NCBI GenBank assembly: GCA_034226945.1
Contig: CP120455.1
Location: forward strand, 62,001-126,000
DNA from: Picochlorum sp. SENEW3
Taxonomy: Eukaryota
Length of the DNA stretch: 64,000 bases
Reading direction: 5' to 3'
This document shows positions 46,841 through 58,593 of this stretch, piece by piece; within the stretch, counting starts at the first letter, position 1, and the number at the start of each line of letters is the position of its first letter. The notes beneath the pieces are model-generated. The model ran no database searches, had not been told where the DNA came from, and worked only from the letters and a program-made list of their open reading frames with translations. The translations under genes were made by a program, and so were the position numbers.

Positions 46841-48559
46841 ATGAGCGCTTCTTCTCTGGTCAGGTTGGAGGGTCGTTCGATACGAACCGTGGCCATGGCG
46901 ATGGCGATGAGAAAATCTCGATTCACACTGGGGGCGAGGAATTTGTACAGCAACAGGCGGTGTGCATCGAAAGAGAGGTGGGCAGTGCCTCAGCTCGCTG
47001 CTGGGTCCTGGCCACACCGTCTCCACTCGACAGCGACGAGGGCTTTGGCAGAGAGCGAGCAGAGTGCGGTGGGATTGGTACTTCACAACTCGATGACACG
47101 GCAGAAGGAGCCATTTCGTCCGATGCGGGACGATGGCGTCGTGACCATGTATGTGTGTGGCGTGACAGTCTATGACTACAGTCATATTGGGCATGCCAGG
47201 GCCTACGTGTCATTCGATATTTTGTACCGATTTCTGGAACATCTGGGGTACAATGTGACGTATTGTAGGAACTTTACGGATATCGATGATAAAATCATAG
47301 ACAGGGCTGCCCAAGTGGGGAGGGACCCATTGGAGCTCTCCAAAGAGTTTGCAGAGGAATTCAACAAGGATATGGACATGCTTGGATGTCGCCGGCCGAC
47401 ATTGGAGCCTCTAGCAACGCAACATATTCCGGATATGATTGATTCCATCGCGCAGATTATTGAGAATGGGCACGGGTATGTGGTCGAGGGGGATGTGTAT
47501 TTTGATGTGAAATCCCTGCCCGGATATGGGAAGTTGTCGGGAAGACAGCTGGACGATAACAGGGCTGGTGAACGGGTCTCCGTGGACGAGCGAAAGAAGA
47601 ATCCCGGTGATTTTGCGCTATGGAAGTCGGCAAAGCCGGGGGAGCCAACGTGGGAGAGCCCGTGGGGTCCTGGGAGGCCAGGGTGGCATATTGAATGCAG
47701 CTCCATGATTCGTGCGATCCTGGGAGAGACGATAGATATTCACGGAGGAGGCAGTGACCTGTTGTTCCCCCATCACGAAAACGAGTTGGCACAAGCAAGA
47801 GCAACATGCTGCAATCACCAGCACAGCTCTGATCCTCAGTATTTTGCTCGATGGTGGGTACACAACGGGTTTGTGAACGTCGACTCCGAAAAGATGAGCA
47901 AAAGTTTGGGCAACTTTTTTACAATTAGGAGTGTGCTGGAGTCGTATCATCCGTTGGCATTGCGGTGGTTTTTGGTGGGAACCCAGTACAGGCAGGCAAT
48001 TAATTATTCCCACAGAGCATTGGATGAAGCATCTGACAGGCTTTTTTACCTGTATCAAACTCTGTTTGATGCCACGGAAGCCCTCGACGTCGATCGCGAG
48101 GAATATCCCATGGAGACGGAGATGATACGTGACGTCTATGATGCCCTGGGCGATGATTTAAACACGCCTTTGGTGCTGGCAGCCTTCTCGCCTGCGCTGA
48201 AGACATTGAATGATCTTGTTCACACAAAGAAAGGAAAGAAGCGTCAAGACAGAGTCCCCGTGATGGCTGGCATTCTGAATGCGTTTGATGTTTCATTGAA
48301 ACTGCTGGGCCTTCACCCAGCACAACAGGACAAGGAATTCCAAGACATGTTAACGGAGCTCAAGGTATCGGCCTTACAAAGAGCGGACATGTCTGAAGAG
48401 GATGTACAGGGTGCAATAGATACGAGAGCAGAGGCTCGTGTCGCAAAGGATTACGAGGCAGCTGACAGTGTTCGAAAGGCCTTGGAATCAAAAGGTATTT
48501 ACATCATGGATACGCCACAGGGGACCAGTTGGCGACCAGGGTGTCCTTCAACCGAATAA
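46841..48559 (+). CDS. Cysteinyl-tRNA synthetase, organellar type
   Basis: YVCGVTVYD.SHIGHAR, NFTDIDDKI, DFALWK, GRPGWHIECS, KMSKSLGN; transit-like N-terminus; start uncertain. Confidence 0.96.
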   Translation: MSASSLVRLEGRSIRTVAMAMAMRKSRFTLGARNLYSNRRCASKERWAVPQLAAGSWPHRLHSTATRALAESEQSAVGLVLHNSMTRQKEPFRPMRDDGVVTMYVCGVTVYDYSHIGHARAYVSFDILYRFLEHLGYNVTYCRNFTDIDDKIIDRAAQVGRDPLELSKEFAEEFNKDMDMLGCRRPTLEPLATQHIPDMIDSIAQIIENGHGYVVEGDVYFDVKSLPGYGKLSGRQLDDNRAGERVSVDERKKNPGDFALWKSAKPGEPTWESPWGPGRPGWHIECSSMIRAILGETIDIHGGGSDLLFPHHENELAQARATCCNHQHSSDPQYFARWWVHNGFVNVDSEKMSKSLGNFFTIRSVLESYHPLALRWFLVGTQYRQAINYSHRALDEASDRLFYLYQTLFDATEALDVDREEYPMETEMIRDVYDALGDDLNTPLVLAAFSPALKTLNDLVHTKKGKKRQDRVPVMAGILNAFDVSLKLLGLHPAQQDKEFQDMLTELKVSALQRADMSEEDVQGAIDTRAEARVAKDYEAADSVRKALESKGIYIMDTPQGTSWRPGCPSTE

Positions 48560-48607
48560 TATAATCTTAGTTTATTAATATATTTATTGAATGAATTCGA
48601 TAGATCT

Positions 48608-50017
48608 ATGCGACGAGCCATCGTCAGTAAGACTGCTGCATGCAGCATACAGCCACATTCGGGTTTCGGGTCCTCTGGTGTCGGGCATGTTTTGAGGCAT
48701 AATTTCCATGATATTACATGTATCAGAGGGACGTCTGTGAACAATTCCACTTTGACGAGGGCATCGGCGTCTGAAAAGTCATTTTTTGTCACTTGCCATC
48801 CTGGGGCTGAAAGCGTCTTGGAGCAGGAGATTTTGGGTATCGAGGGTGCTTCAGATGTCCATCCCGGAAAGTCTGGGGTTCACTTCAAGGGGAATGAATC
48901 GACTGTGTACGATGTTAACCTTTGGGTGAGGTCAGGAATTCGTGTTCTGGAGTTGTTATCACAAATCACGCTCGACCCTGATGAAGAAGCTGGGGATACA
49001 CTGTACGAGGCTTTCAGAGGGGTGGTGGAATGGCCAGAGTGGTTGCACTCGGAAGACATGTCTTTCTCTGTCGATTCTAGAATTTGGGGAAATTCAAACT
49101 TCACCAACTCCCAGCTCTTGAATGTGAGGGCAAAAGACGCCATATGTGATTCTATTCGTGAAAAGAATGGGTTCAAGCCTTCCCCTCCTTTGAGAGGGAG
49201 AGTGAGCGATGTACCCATATTTGCAACAGCCTTCAGCGATGTTCTATCAATCTATTTGGATTACAGTGGTAGGTCTCTCCACAAGCGAGGGTTTGCGAGC
49301 AAAAAGATGCACAAGGCATCTCTCAATGAATGTGCTGCTGCTGCATGCCTGCAATTGGCAGGGTTTCCGGAATTGTTGAAGAACAGCGGGGGAGAGACTG
49401 TGACTTTAGTAGATCCAATGTGTGGTGGTGGAACGATACTTTCTGAGGCTGCCATGATTGCTGGCAATATTGCACCTGGACTGTACAGGACATTTTGGCC
49501 ATTTCTTCGATGGCCGACTTGTCGCAAGTCGCTCTGGCAAGAGCGGGTTGATCGAGCCAAAGGATTACGCTTGAAGAAAAAACCAAATCTTCTTCTCTTG
49601 GGGAATGATATTCATAGTGGTGCATTGGATCTGGCTGCTGAAAATATTCAGCGCGCAGGGGTGCAAAGCATAGTTAGATTGCATCAGGGTGACATAGCCG
49701 CATACACATTAGATGCTCCTCCGCATATGGTGATGACGAATCCTCCTTGGGGCCAGAGGCTTTTGGGAGGAGGAGAGGATGGCGAGGATCATGCGAGGTA
49801 TGGCCCACCTGATGGAGATCTTGGTGACTCATGGAGAAAGCTGGGCCAATTCTTAAAGGAACAGGCAGGAGGGTCTGAAGCATATATTCTGAGTGGTAAT
49901 GCTCAGGTGACACAGCACCTTAAATTAAGAGCTGATAGAAAGTACCCTTTGACGATTGGAGGGACAAAGTGTAGGTTGATGCAGTATATCATTCATAACA
50001 AACGGGTTCCTATGTAA
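48608..50017 (+). CDS. THUMP-domain rRNA m2G methyltransferase (RlmL-like)
   Basis: THUMP region, SGRSLHKRG, A.LNE..AAA, DPMCGGGT, GNDI, NPPWG.RL. Confidence 0.9.
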   Translation: MRRAIVSKTAACSIQPHSGFGSSGVGHVLRHNFHDITCIRGTSVNNSTLTRASASEKSFFVTCHPGAESVLEQEILGIEGASDVHPGKSGVHFKGNESTVYDVNLWVRSGIRVLELLSQITLDPDEEAGDTLYEAFRGVVEWPEWLHSEDMSFSVDSRIWGNSNFTNSQLLNVRAKDAICDSIREKNGFKPSPPLRGRVSDVPIFATAFSDVLSIYLDYSGRSLHKRGFASKKMHKASLNECAAAACLQLAGFPELLKNSGGETVTLVDPMCGGGTILSEAAMIAGNIAPGLYRTFWPFLRWPTCRKSLWQERVDRAKGLRLKKKPNLLLLGNDIHSGALDLAAENIQRAGVQSIVRLHQGDIAAYTLDAPPHMVMTNPPWGQRLLGGGEDGEDHARYGPPDGDLGDSWRKLGQFLKEQAGGSEAYILSGNAQVTQHLKLRADRKYPLTIGGTKCRLMQYIIHNKRVPM

Positions 50018-50022
50018 ACATG

Positions 50023-52057
50023 TTATTTGCCACTCTTTTTCTTCTTTGATTGACTCAAGGCGGGAAGCCCTTTAGGTGCTTTCTTTTCCTCAGGGTCTGG
50101 ACCAATGATGTCCTTCATCTCCTCTGCCATTGGATGGCCCTTCAGCGCATTCCTAATATCCACATCCGCAGCTCCAGCTTCTTTGAACAGATCTTGTGCC
50201 TTTTGGATGGATGATCTCCAGTCCAACTTTCCAGCAGCTCTCAAAATGCTATGTTCATAGTGGGCATTGCCGAGATTGATTAAAAGGGTGGCTTTCAGGG
50301 GGGTCTCGCTGTCAGGGTCTCCAGGAACTTGTTCTGCCATTGGCTTGAGTTTCTTGAGCTCTCTCTTCTTCTCTTCCTCGGGCATCTTGTCCATAGCAGT
50401 CTGCAACAACGCAAAAGACTCTTCCATATACGCGTCTGCGGATTTCGCGCTGTCCTGGGAAACTCTCTCAAATGCTTTGGCAATAGCCGCCTTGCTTGCT
50501 GCTTCATCTGCTGCAATCCTTGCATCAGGATCCCCTTCTTCTGACGGCTTGACAGTTTCTACCAAATAATTAGCAGCCAATTTTGCTTTCGACTGCTGCA
50601 TTTGACTCTTCAATACATATGCATCCAAGACGCTTGGGCAATATGCAAGAGCCTCATCAGCTTTGGCATGTGCCTTCTTGAACAGCTCATCTACATCCTT
50701 TGAGATCTCAGATGCATGCACGCCATCAGCGGCTGCTTTTTGCATGAGAATAGTCGCTTTTGCGTCGAAAACTTGTGCCTGGCACACCATGCCCAGGGAT
50801 GCCTGCTCCTGGAACTTGTCGTATGCTGCATCAAGGAGCTCGTTAGCCTTTGGGTCGTTGTGCATCATGGCTTGGAACGCAGAGCTAAGAGTTTCATTCC
50901 CAATTTCTTGTGCCTCGATCGGTCTATCTGGGTCTAGGTTGCAATGCTCTTTCAGAAGTTCTACAAAAGCAAGGATCCATTCATCAACCTGAATTTGTGG
51001 AGCAGGTTCGTTCTGTGCTTGCTGTGGAGGTGCCTTCTTTGACTGCATTTGCATTTTTTGAAGCTGTTCTAACATTTGTTTCATGTACTTGGTCTCCTCC
51101 TCAGGTGCTTTTGGAACATCGTTCTCAGAAGCAACTTTGATTCCGTGCAACCTGATTGCTGGAATATTGCCTTGCTGCAACTTGGTGGCCCCAGCTGCAT
51201 CTACACTTTCCTGTATAGCTCTATTAATATCAGAGCGAGATGCTATCGTTATCAAGTCCCCTTCTTTGTCCAATACTTTCAAAACAAAAGGACCAGCTTT
51301 AGGGAACAATTGCTTTGCATGCTCCATGAGCTCCGAGTACGTGATACCTGGGGTCAACTGGAAAGCTCTCGTATCACTCTCAATGGTTAATTTTACAGGT
51401 ATCGTCACTTGTCTGTTTCCAGCTGCCCCCGCCTGGGAAGGAGCCACAGCCCGTCGACCACCCAATCCTCTGCTGCCCATGCCTGCTGGCTTCTTACCAG
51501 CAAGAAGGGATTTAACTCGCTGTTCAGCAATCTTGGCATCCTCATGTCCTAGTGATGAAGCTTTTTGAAGATCAACAAGGGCGTCTTTGTACTTTTTCAT
51601 CTGTTCGAATGCCTTTGCTCGCCGAACCAAAGCCTTGACGTACTCTGGCTGAGATTCCAGGGCCACAGAGCACTCTTCTACAGCTTCCTTGTACTGCTTC
51701 TTCACCATAAAACATGCAGCCTTGTTGTTATGAATCAAAGCTACATCTGACGCAGAGATATCTGGAAATTTCAAGGCCTCGTCCCAGGCAGCGTTGGCCT
51801 TTGCGTAGTCCTTCATCGCAAAAGCGCGGCTGCCCTCCTCCTTGAGGGAAGAAATGGTCTTCTACAGTCATCAAATGTACAATGTATGTATTAGAATTGG
51901 TTGATCTGCCTTCAATTGACCCCATCGTAGAATTGGCACCCGCCGACAAGAGCAGCGCAATGTCGTTTCGCTTTTACAGGTACACCACGCATTCCGCAAA
52001 CAGAGCCACACGTTGGAATTTAAAATACAATCTAATCCATACCTGTGCTGCTGCCAT
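50023..52057 (-). CDS. TPR + PB1 domain protein (CLMP1/Phox-like); main exon 51861-50023, tentative first exon 52057-52043
   Basis: TPRs (LKEEG..AF..KDY; NNKAAC; KALVRRAKA); PB1 acidic motif DKEGDLITI; C-terminal TPR (LGNAHYEHS; F.EAGA...DI..ALK.H). Confidence 0.85.
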
Positions 52058-52330
52058 CGAAAATCACACGTTCCGTCAAGTCCTCCTGCAGAATTTGTAC
52101 CAGTCTTTCTTGGACAAGAAAGAGTCAAAAATGAATGAACGTGTATCCAATTGAAAAAAATAGAAATCAAGTGTATTTCCCCGTGACCCAGAGTGGCGGA
52201 TAGATCTGATCTCCTCGGAAATCGTATTGGATCCGAGACTGCTGAAAATCTCGAGATATTGATGGCAGGGTACCCACATGGAGATTCAACAGCATTGCGC
52301 CAAAAGCATACGATGTTGTTCTAATTCAAT

Positions 52331-53956
52331 ATGAATCAAACCAGAATTCAAACACACAGTGGATTCTGTCTCACGAATGCAAACACAAAGAGCGTTGAAA
52401 AGGTTGGACTCTCTTCCTGTTACCACAAAGTTACTATACATCGTGACGCCTTGCGGATTTCTGGGGATCGTATCCGAGTATGGAGCTGGAATAATGCAAG
52501 GGATCTGAGGATGACTCAGGGCGATGATCCTGTGCCGGCAGACCTCAAAGATGGGCGGTATGAAGTGAAGGGTGTCCTTGGGAGGGGAGGCAACGCCACC
52601 ACGTACAGATGCTGGGACCGAGACGCCGAGTCCAATGTGGCGATAAAGGAGTTATCGTTACGTCGTATGCGGAATTGGAAGCAGTTGGATCTGTTTGAAA
52701 GGGAGGCTCAGATCCTGGAGGCCATTGAGAACCCAAACATTCCAAAGTACATTGACTATTTTGAAGTTGACACGGATGATGATAAAGCGTTTTACATAGT
52801 TCAAGAACTTGCTGAAGGCAAATCGCTGCAGGATGCGATTGAGATGGGTCACAAGTGGACGGATGCTGAGTTGATTCGCATTCTTTGTGAGATGCTTTTG
52901 GTTCTCAAGTACTTGGCTGGACTGCGGCCACCAGTCGTGCACCGAGATGTAAAGCCTGCAAACATCATCGTGTCAGATTTAGATAATGTAGAGAATGCAA
53001 AAATAATGCTGGTAGACTTTGGTGGTGTCCAGGCGGCAGAGTTTGATGACTCGATGAAGTCCTTCACCATTGTGGGTACTATGGGCTTTGCAGCTCCTGA
53101 AATGTTGAGAGGTCGCTGTGATCCAAAGTCTGATCTGTATAGTTTGGGTGCAACAATTTTATATCTTGCATCTGGTAGGTTGCCCAGTCAGTTTCCCGAG
53201 TCAAGAATGAAACTGGACTTGTCTGCTGTGGAACTGAATGACAAACTCAGAAATGTCCTGGCTGGATTGCTGGAGCCAGTGTCCGAGGATCGCTTGACCC
53301 TGGAAAATGCATTATCTTTACTTCAGGGGCGTGGGCGCGTGATGGGGGGCAGTGCATTTCATGGTAGCATTGTGCCACAGACTGGGAAGGGACAGTTCGT
53401 GAAGAAGCCTGTTGGTTCTCGCGTCATGCTGGAAAAAAGGGGCGATACTCTTCGGATACATATTCCCCCAGCCAAATTTGATAGTTCATCGTTGGCTACT
53501 GGGGGGTTTGCTCTGTTCTGGAATGGGTTTGTCGCTTTTTGGACTGCATCTGCCTTGGCCAGTGGAGGCATTGTATTTGCTCTCTTTTCCATCCCTTTCT
53601 GGCTTGCGGGTGCGAATCTTGCTAAATCTGCCATAGGACGTCAGTTCATATCGGAAACATTAGAAATCAATTCAGTATTTTGGAGATTAGAGAAGAAACT
53701 GGCTGTACTGTCTCGCAATGCAGATGCCACAAAATTCAAGCGTGAATGGACAGACTCTGGGACAAAACACGCTTCTGGCAACACAAATGATCTCTCGAAT
53801 GCCATGTTAAACGTTAGCGGATATATCAATGGTGTTCCGCAAACACAATTGATCATAAAGCATGGTGTGGAAGAGATTATGATCGGGGAAGGCTTGGAGG
53901 CAGTTGAACAGGAATGGCTAGTCTCAGAGATAAACGACTTTTTACAACGTTACTGA
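52331..53956 (+). CDS. Ser/Thr protein kinase of cyanobacterial Pkn2-like type with C-terminal membrane segment
   Basis: GRGGNATTY, VAIK, LFEREA, HRDVKPAN, DFG, GT.GFAAPE, SDLYSLG; two hydrophobic helices near the C-terminus. Confidence 0.9.
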   Translation: MNQTRIQTHSGFCLTNANTKSVEKVGLSSCYHKVTIHRDALRISGDRIRVWSWNNARDLRMTQGDDPVPADLKDGRYEVKGVLGRGGNATTYRCWDRDAESNVAIKELSLRRMRNWKQLDLFEREAQILEAIENPNIPKYIDYFEVDTDDDKAFYIVQELAEGKSLQDAIEMGHKWTDAELIRILCEMLLVLKYLAGLRPPVVHRDVKPANIIVSDLDNVENAKIMLVDFGGVQAAEFDDSMKSFTIVGTMGFAAPEMLRGRCDPKSDLYSLGATILYLASGRLPSQFPESRMKLDLSAVELNDKLRNVLAGLLEPVSEDRLTLENALSLLQGRGRVMGGSAFHGSIVPQTGKGQFVKKPVGSRVMLEKRGDTLRIHIPPAKFDSSSLATGGFALFWNGFVAFWTASALASGGIVFALFSIPFWLAGANLAKSAIGRQFISETLEINSVFWRLEKKLAVLSRNADATKFKREWTDSGTKHASGNTNDLSNAMLNVSGYINGVPQTQLIIKHGVEEIMIGEGLEAVEQEWLVSEINDFLQRY

Positions 53957-56183
53957 AATTGATGAGATTTCCTATAATCGTGGAAATACAAAATCTCAGC
54001 AATTGGCTGACCTAAGAAACAAAACGATATCCAGAAAATTGCATTCCCAACCCTATCACTCTGAAAGTGGCGCTTCAATTGCTCAGTGACCCACATCAGA
54101 GGCACTTGCAACATCAGCCCCCAAAAGGCCCAGCCACGAAGCATGTGCAACGGAACACCTACTAAAACCTCGTGAAAGATGGCACTGATAAAGAATACAA
54201 GAACCCCGGCATAAAATTTGGGGATTCCCAGGTTTGTGGCAGGAAAGTACACGTGCCGGAGCATCCACTTGTGCACTGGCATGTTCCACAGCCTCCAATA
54301 TTCCCCAAGGGTGGTCGCATTCCACCATTCTTTATAAAATTCCCTATCACCGAATCTTGTTATTTCGGCTAATACGTTGAGCCATAATTCAAACAAAGAA
54401 TAAAACATTGCTAACCAAAAGTACAGTGTTGGAATGGACAGTTTCAAGACCCTCTCAATCACCACGAGCCAATCCTACAGGAACCATAAAATAATCATTC
54501 TTTGTAGCATATCCAAGACATATATATAGTACTTCATACCATTTCTTGTAGAGGCTTCATAGAGTTGTCAATCGTGGGTTCAATGTATTGCTCAAAAAAG
54601 AAGAGCATCATGCCCAATCCTGCAGAAAGCATGAAAATTCTGCGCATCAACCATCGCACTCGAAATCTTGGACTCCTCGGATATGACAACTGATAGCACA
54701 GGGTTGGAGCGACTAAGAAGTACGAGAAGTGGGTCAGGGACAGGTTTGCTGGGTATACCATATCATCAGTCTCAACAGCGAGAGGCTCTGATCCAGAGAG
54801 CGACTCTCCAGGCCATCGACGCCTCGGATCAATGCATTTCAGCTGTCTTAAAGACCAGTTCACATGAATGAAGCTGACAAGTTTGAACCAGAGCACCGTC
54901 GTCATCATGGTCAAACCAAACGATGGAAGGGGCTCTGCCATTGTCACTGTAATGATGTGAAATGGAACCAAAAGCACCAGCGACGTGTTGATTAAATTCA
55001 GCAGGAAGGTCACACTCTCGGCGAACTTTCTCCTTTTATTGAATCTCTTCGATATCTCGTCTGAACTCATTACCTCCTTCTTCTCCTCTCCCATCCTCTT
55101 CATCAGATCCCTCCTCAGCATGGCAGCAGCAAGTTGTTCAATCACTAGACCGATTCCTGCAAACAGCCCCAGAGCAGGCCAACACAGGAGCAATGATACG
55201 TTCCCTGATGGAGTGACTATCGCACGGATAAACGTGAAAGGGTTGAATCTAATCCCGTACTTGATCATGTTCTCCAAGATCAACCGAAAGTTTGCAGCAG
55301 CCAGAATGATAAACATAAGAGTCACCATGCCACTCTGGTCTGATACCCGTATTCTCTCCGAAGATAACAGTGAAAACTTTGGATGCATGTGGACAGGCAC
55401 ACACCCATCATACCCCGTACCCAAGCCTTTCATCTTTGTATCCTTTTGTTTTGAGGCCTGTCCTCCCTTGCCGCGCTGGGCTCTCGACGTTACAGTTGTC
55501 CCCATATCCGATTGATCGGATGTATATCCACTCTGAATTCTTTGGAAATCGCCTTCTGATCCATGCACCGCGCTTCTCCGCAGCGAGCCACTCACCACGT
55601 CATCAGCCTCGCCGTCTGCACTAGCTTGCTTCTCCCCATACTGTTTTCGAGAGCACCCACTGTCTTCCAATGCATCCAACCATGCCGTCATCTCAGAATG
55701 GGATTCCGTTGATAAACGCACCAAGTCAACTCCCAATCCATCCATAACCCTGAATGTCCAATATTTCCTCCTCTTCAACCCCTCCACATCCACAAAGGTC
55801 CCTCGCAGACTCAACTGGCCCCTCGGAGGATATCTATAGACATCCCTCTCATTTTTATAATACATGAGAGATCCACTCCTCACAATGACGTATCGAGGCT
55901 CCCATGTATTTGCCCACAATGAACTCGTCGCACGAGGTCTATACTTGTTCAAGTACCCACTCTTGGCAACACTCCACATAGCACTGTTCCCAGGCATTGA
56001 ACCCTCACCATGCGCCGCAATCTGCAGAATATATTGTTATCAGGGACAGAATTCGAGGATTTCATGACCAATCGACCGCACCATCTTTCGTAACCGTTGA
56101 TTTTCTTCTTCCAAATCTTGGATCACCTGCTGATCCGCCTGGCCATCGTCTCGAAGCTTATGGTACGCCTGTCTCAGTAACAT
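53950..56183 (-). CDS. DGAT1: Diacylglycerol O-acyltransferase 1 (MBOAT) with N-terminal PH domain; exons 56183-56082, 56021-54540, 54474-53950
   Basis: PH-like (KSGYLNK...W..RY; W...L); RLILEN.IKYG, APTLCYQ.SYPR, FGDREFY.EWWN, WNMPVHKW, SAIFHE. Two in-frame GT..AG introns. Confidence 0.93.
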
Positions 56184-56331
56184 AATTATAATGTAATAAT
56201 ACTTTGGGTATAGGAAGGGTATTTTATTCACTCTCCGTTTAAAAGGGTAAATGCCAAGTGTCCCACTAGACCATTACAAAACTAACCCGATTAGCGGATA
56301 TGTGCATATGAAAAAGATTTTTGAACTCTTC

Positions 56332-58233
56332 CTAATAGATTACAGGGCCCTTGAGGGTCGCCGAGCCATCTTGACGGATAGAGAAAATGATAGAGCCCCT
56401 GATGCCTTTGTAAGTCCCAGTGCCACTTGTGATGGAGCAGTTGGGTGCATCCTCTGCTGCATTTAAGATTGCATTACCTCTGATAACGCCTGATCCAGAT
56501 CCAATCTTGAATTTGATGGATCCGGGTTGGTCGAATAGATTGGTCAGGTACAGCCTCCCTGAACCAATTGGCCTGCCAGTTAGGTTACCAACAAGGTCAA
56601 ACTGAGATTCTGCTGCGAGTGGCTCCTTTAAATTCAATTTCAAGTCAATCATGTGTTCTCGGCGCCTCGCAGTGAGCCTTTTGGCTGACACCTCTTTCAG
56701 TCTTTTGTTCAGTCGCCGGAATTGAGCATTCTCTTGAGGAGTTCTAGTGTATCCAGAATATGCCAGGTTGATGGATTCTGTCGGGTCCTTGAGCAAATCA
56801 TACATTTCAAACTCGCTCCTGATTTTTGTGATCTCTCGAGCTGGATCAAAATATTTGCAGAATTTGAATCTCTCTTCCCGAATACATAGCATGTGGTTGG
56901 GCTCGTCGACATACGGGGGTGAGCTTTGACCTATCTGGTAATCATCCATCGTGAAAATGATGTAATCCTGCACAGATTTGCTCTGATTAAAGATGATTGG
57001 AGCATAGCTAATGCCTTCGAATCGATCCTTAGGTCCTTTGCCTCCCAACAAGTCTTGCAACGTGGGGGCCAGATCAATGTGGCTGACCAGTGCCTCACTT
57101 GATCTTGCCTCTGGAAACAAGACTGGATTGGAAATGATGAGGGGTACATTCACCGTCTCCTCATAAAAATTGAAACATTTTTGCCTTGTGAGTCCATGCG
57201 AGAGTCCAGTTTCCCCATGATCGGATATTTTGATCACGATTGTGTCATTTGTCAGATTCTTCTCTTCAAGACCATCCAGCACCTGAACCAGGTACTGATC
57301 GACCCACTTTTGAAGATTGGCATAGAAATTGACATATTTTCTCTGGACTTGCGGCGTGGAGAGTTCACCAAGAACAAGATCAGAGATTCTATTGAAATCT
57401 GCCTGTGCTTTTGGCTTGGTTGACAAATCCTCATTCACCGTTGGTGGGAGACCAATATCTCCTTCTGTCCAGCTGTCATTGTATCCAGCTACATAATAAT
57501 TATCCGTCTCAAAAAATGTGATATCATGCGGATTAACGAGTGATACCACCAGGAAGAACGGTTGCTGCTCTACAGCAACGGTTCTGAGGTATTGAAGGGC
57601 GCCTTCAAGACCATCCTCCACCTCCTCTTCACTCGAGGCCAGGCTTGACATGTATCTCTCATCATTATTTGCCTCTGATGAATTTCCATATCCATACTCT
57701 GGCAGCCCTAACCCCAAACCAGAGTCGGGTGGATTCCATCGAGACCAACCATATCGTTCAAGATCTTTAGGCTTTGCATCGGTGTTGTTCACCCCTTTGA
57801 AGACATCAATCTTGCCCTTGTACACAGTCGTATACCCCGCTTCTTGTGCTATCGTGGCAAGATTCGCCACGTCAGTTGGCATATCTTCCTGTGGATACTC
57901 ATTATTCGACATTGTATTACGCAATTTGTATCGGACGCCATGCTGTGCGGGCATCAAGCCCGTGAGCATGGATGCCCTGCTGCTTGAGCAGGTGACAGAA
58001 TTTGTGAAACTTCTCTGAAAAGTGATGCCTTGTTCCATGAGCCTCGCTGTTCCTGGCATATTGTCTTCAATCCATCCATCAGGATAATATTGGACTCTTC
58101 GCTCCTGATCCGTGATGAATAGTACAACATTCTTCCCATTGAAATCAGCAGCAGAAATGTCCCTTGTTGCTTGGGCGCAACCAAGTGTGTTCAAAAGTAG
58201 AACGAGGGCCACAGAGGAGTATATGTGCCACAT
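56332..58233 (-). CDS. Secreted formylglycine-type sulfatase (bacterial-like), intronless
   Basis: Signal peptide; NVVLFITDQ, TCSSSRASMLTG, GY...YKGK, LVNPHD, SDHGE, YEE..NVPLIIS, SHIDLAPT, EMYDL.KDP.E..NLA. Confidence 0.88.
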   Translation of the reverse strand: MWHIYSSVALVLLLNTLGCAQATRDISAADFNGKNVVLFITDQERRVQYYPDGWIEDNMPGTARLMEQGITFQRSFTNSVTCSSSRASMLTGLMPAQHGVRYKLRNTMSNNEYPQEDMPTDVANLATIAQEAGYTTVYKGKIDVFKGVNNTDAKPKDLERYGWSRWNPPDSGLGLGLPEYGYGNSSEANNDERYMSSLASSEEEVEDGLEGALQYLRTVAVEQQPFFLVVSLVNPHDITFFETDNYYVAGYNDSWTEGDIGLPPTVNEDLSTKPKAQADFNRISDLVLGELSTPQVQRKYVNFYANLQKWVDQYLVQVLDGLEEKNLTNDTIVIKISDHGETGLSHGLTRQKCFNFYEETVNVPLIISNPVLFPEARSSEALVSHIDLAPTLQDLLGGKGPKDRFEGISYAPIIFNQSKSVQDYIIFTMDDYQIGQSSPPYVDEPNHMLCIREERFKFCKYFDPAREITKIRSEFEMYDLLKDPTESINLAYSGYTRTPQENAQFRRLNKRLKEVSAKRLTARRREHMIDLKLNLKEPLAAESQFDLVGNLTGRPIGSGRLYLTNLFDQPGSIKFKIGSGSGVIRGNAILNAAEDAPNCSITSGTGTYKGIRGSIIFSIRQDGSATLKGPVIY

Positions 58234-58593
58234 ATCCCCAAAGAAACTATATTTTTTTATTTTCAAAGATTTAATACCGTATCTTCAACGAAAGAGTGGA
58301 CAATTGCTGACATCGCACGATTCCATGGTCCCGGATTACGCTACTACTCAGCGCCAGGTCGCTATATAGCGATCGATCGGAACCCTTTCATGAAAGGTTA
58401 TCATGATCATGATCACCACATCTGCCGCGCCCATGCATCTCCGTATACGTATCTCATACGTATGAGATTCCAAATGGCGCCACCTGTAGCAGGCCAAACC
58501 TCCAACACGGAATTGAACTCTGCGAAAACAATCGCAACTTTTCCTCAACACACACTTGTATTACTGAGAAAGACTGAAGAGTCCTTGAAAAGA

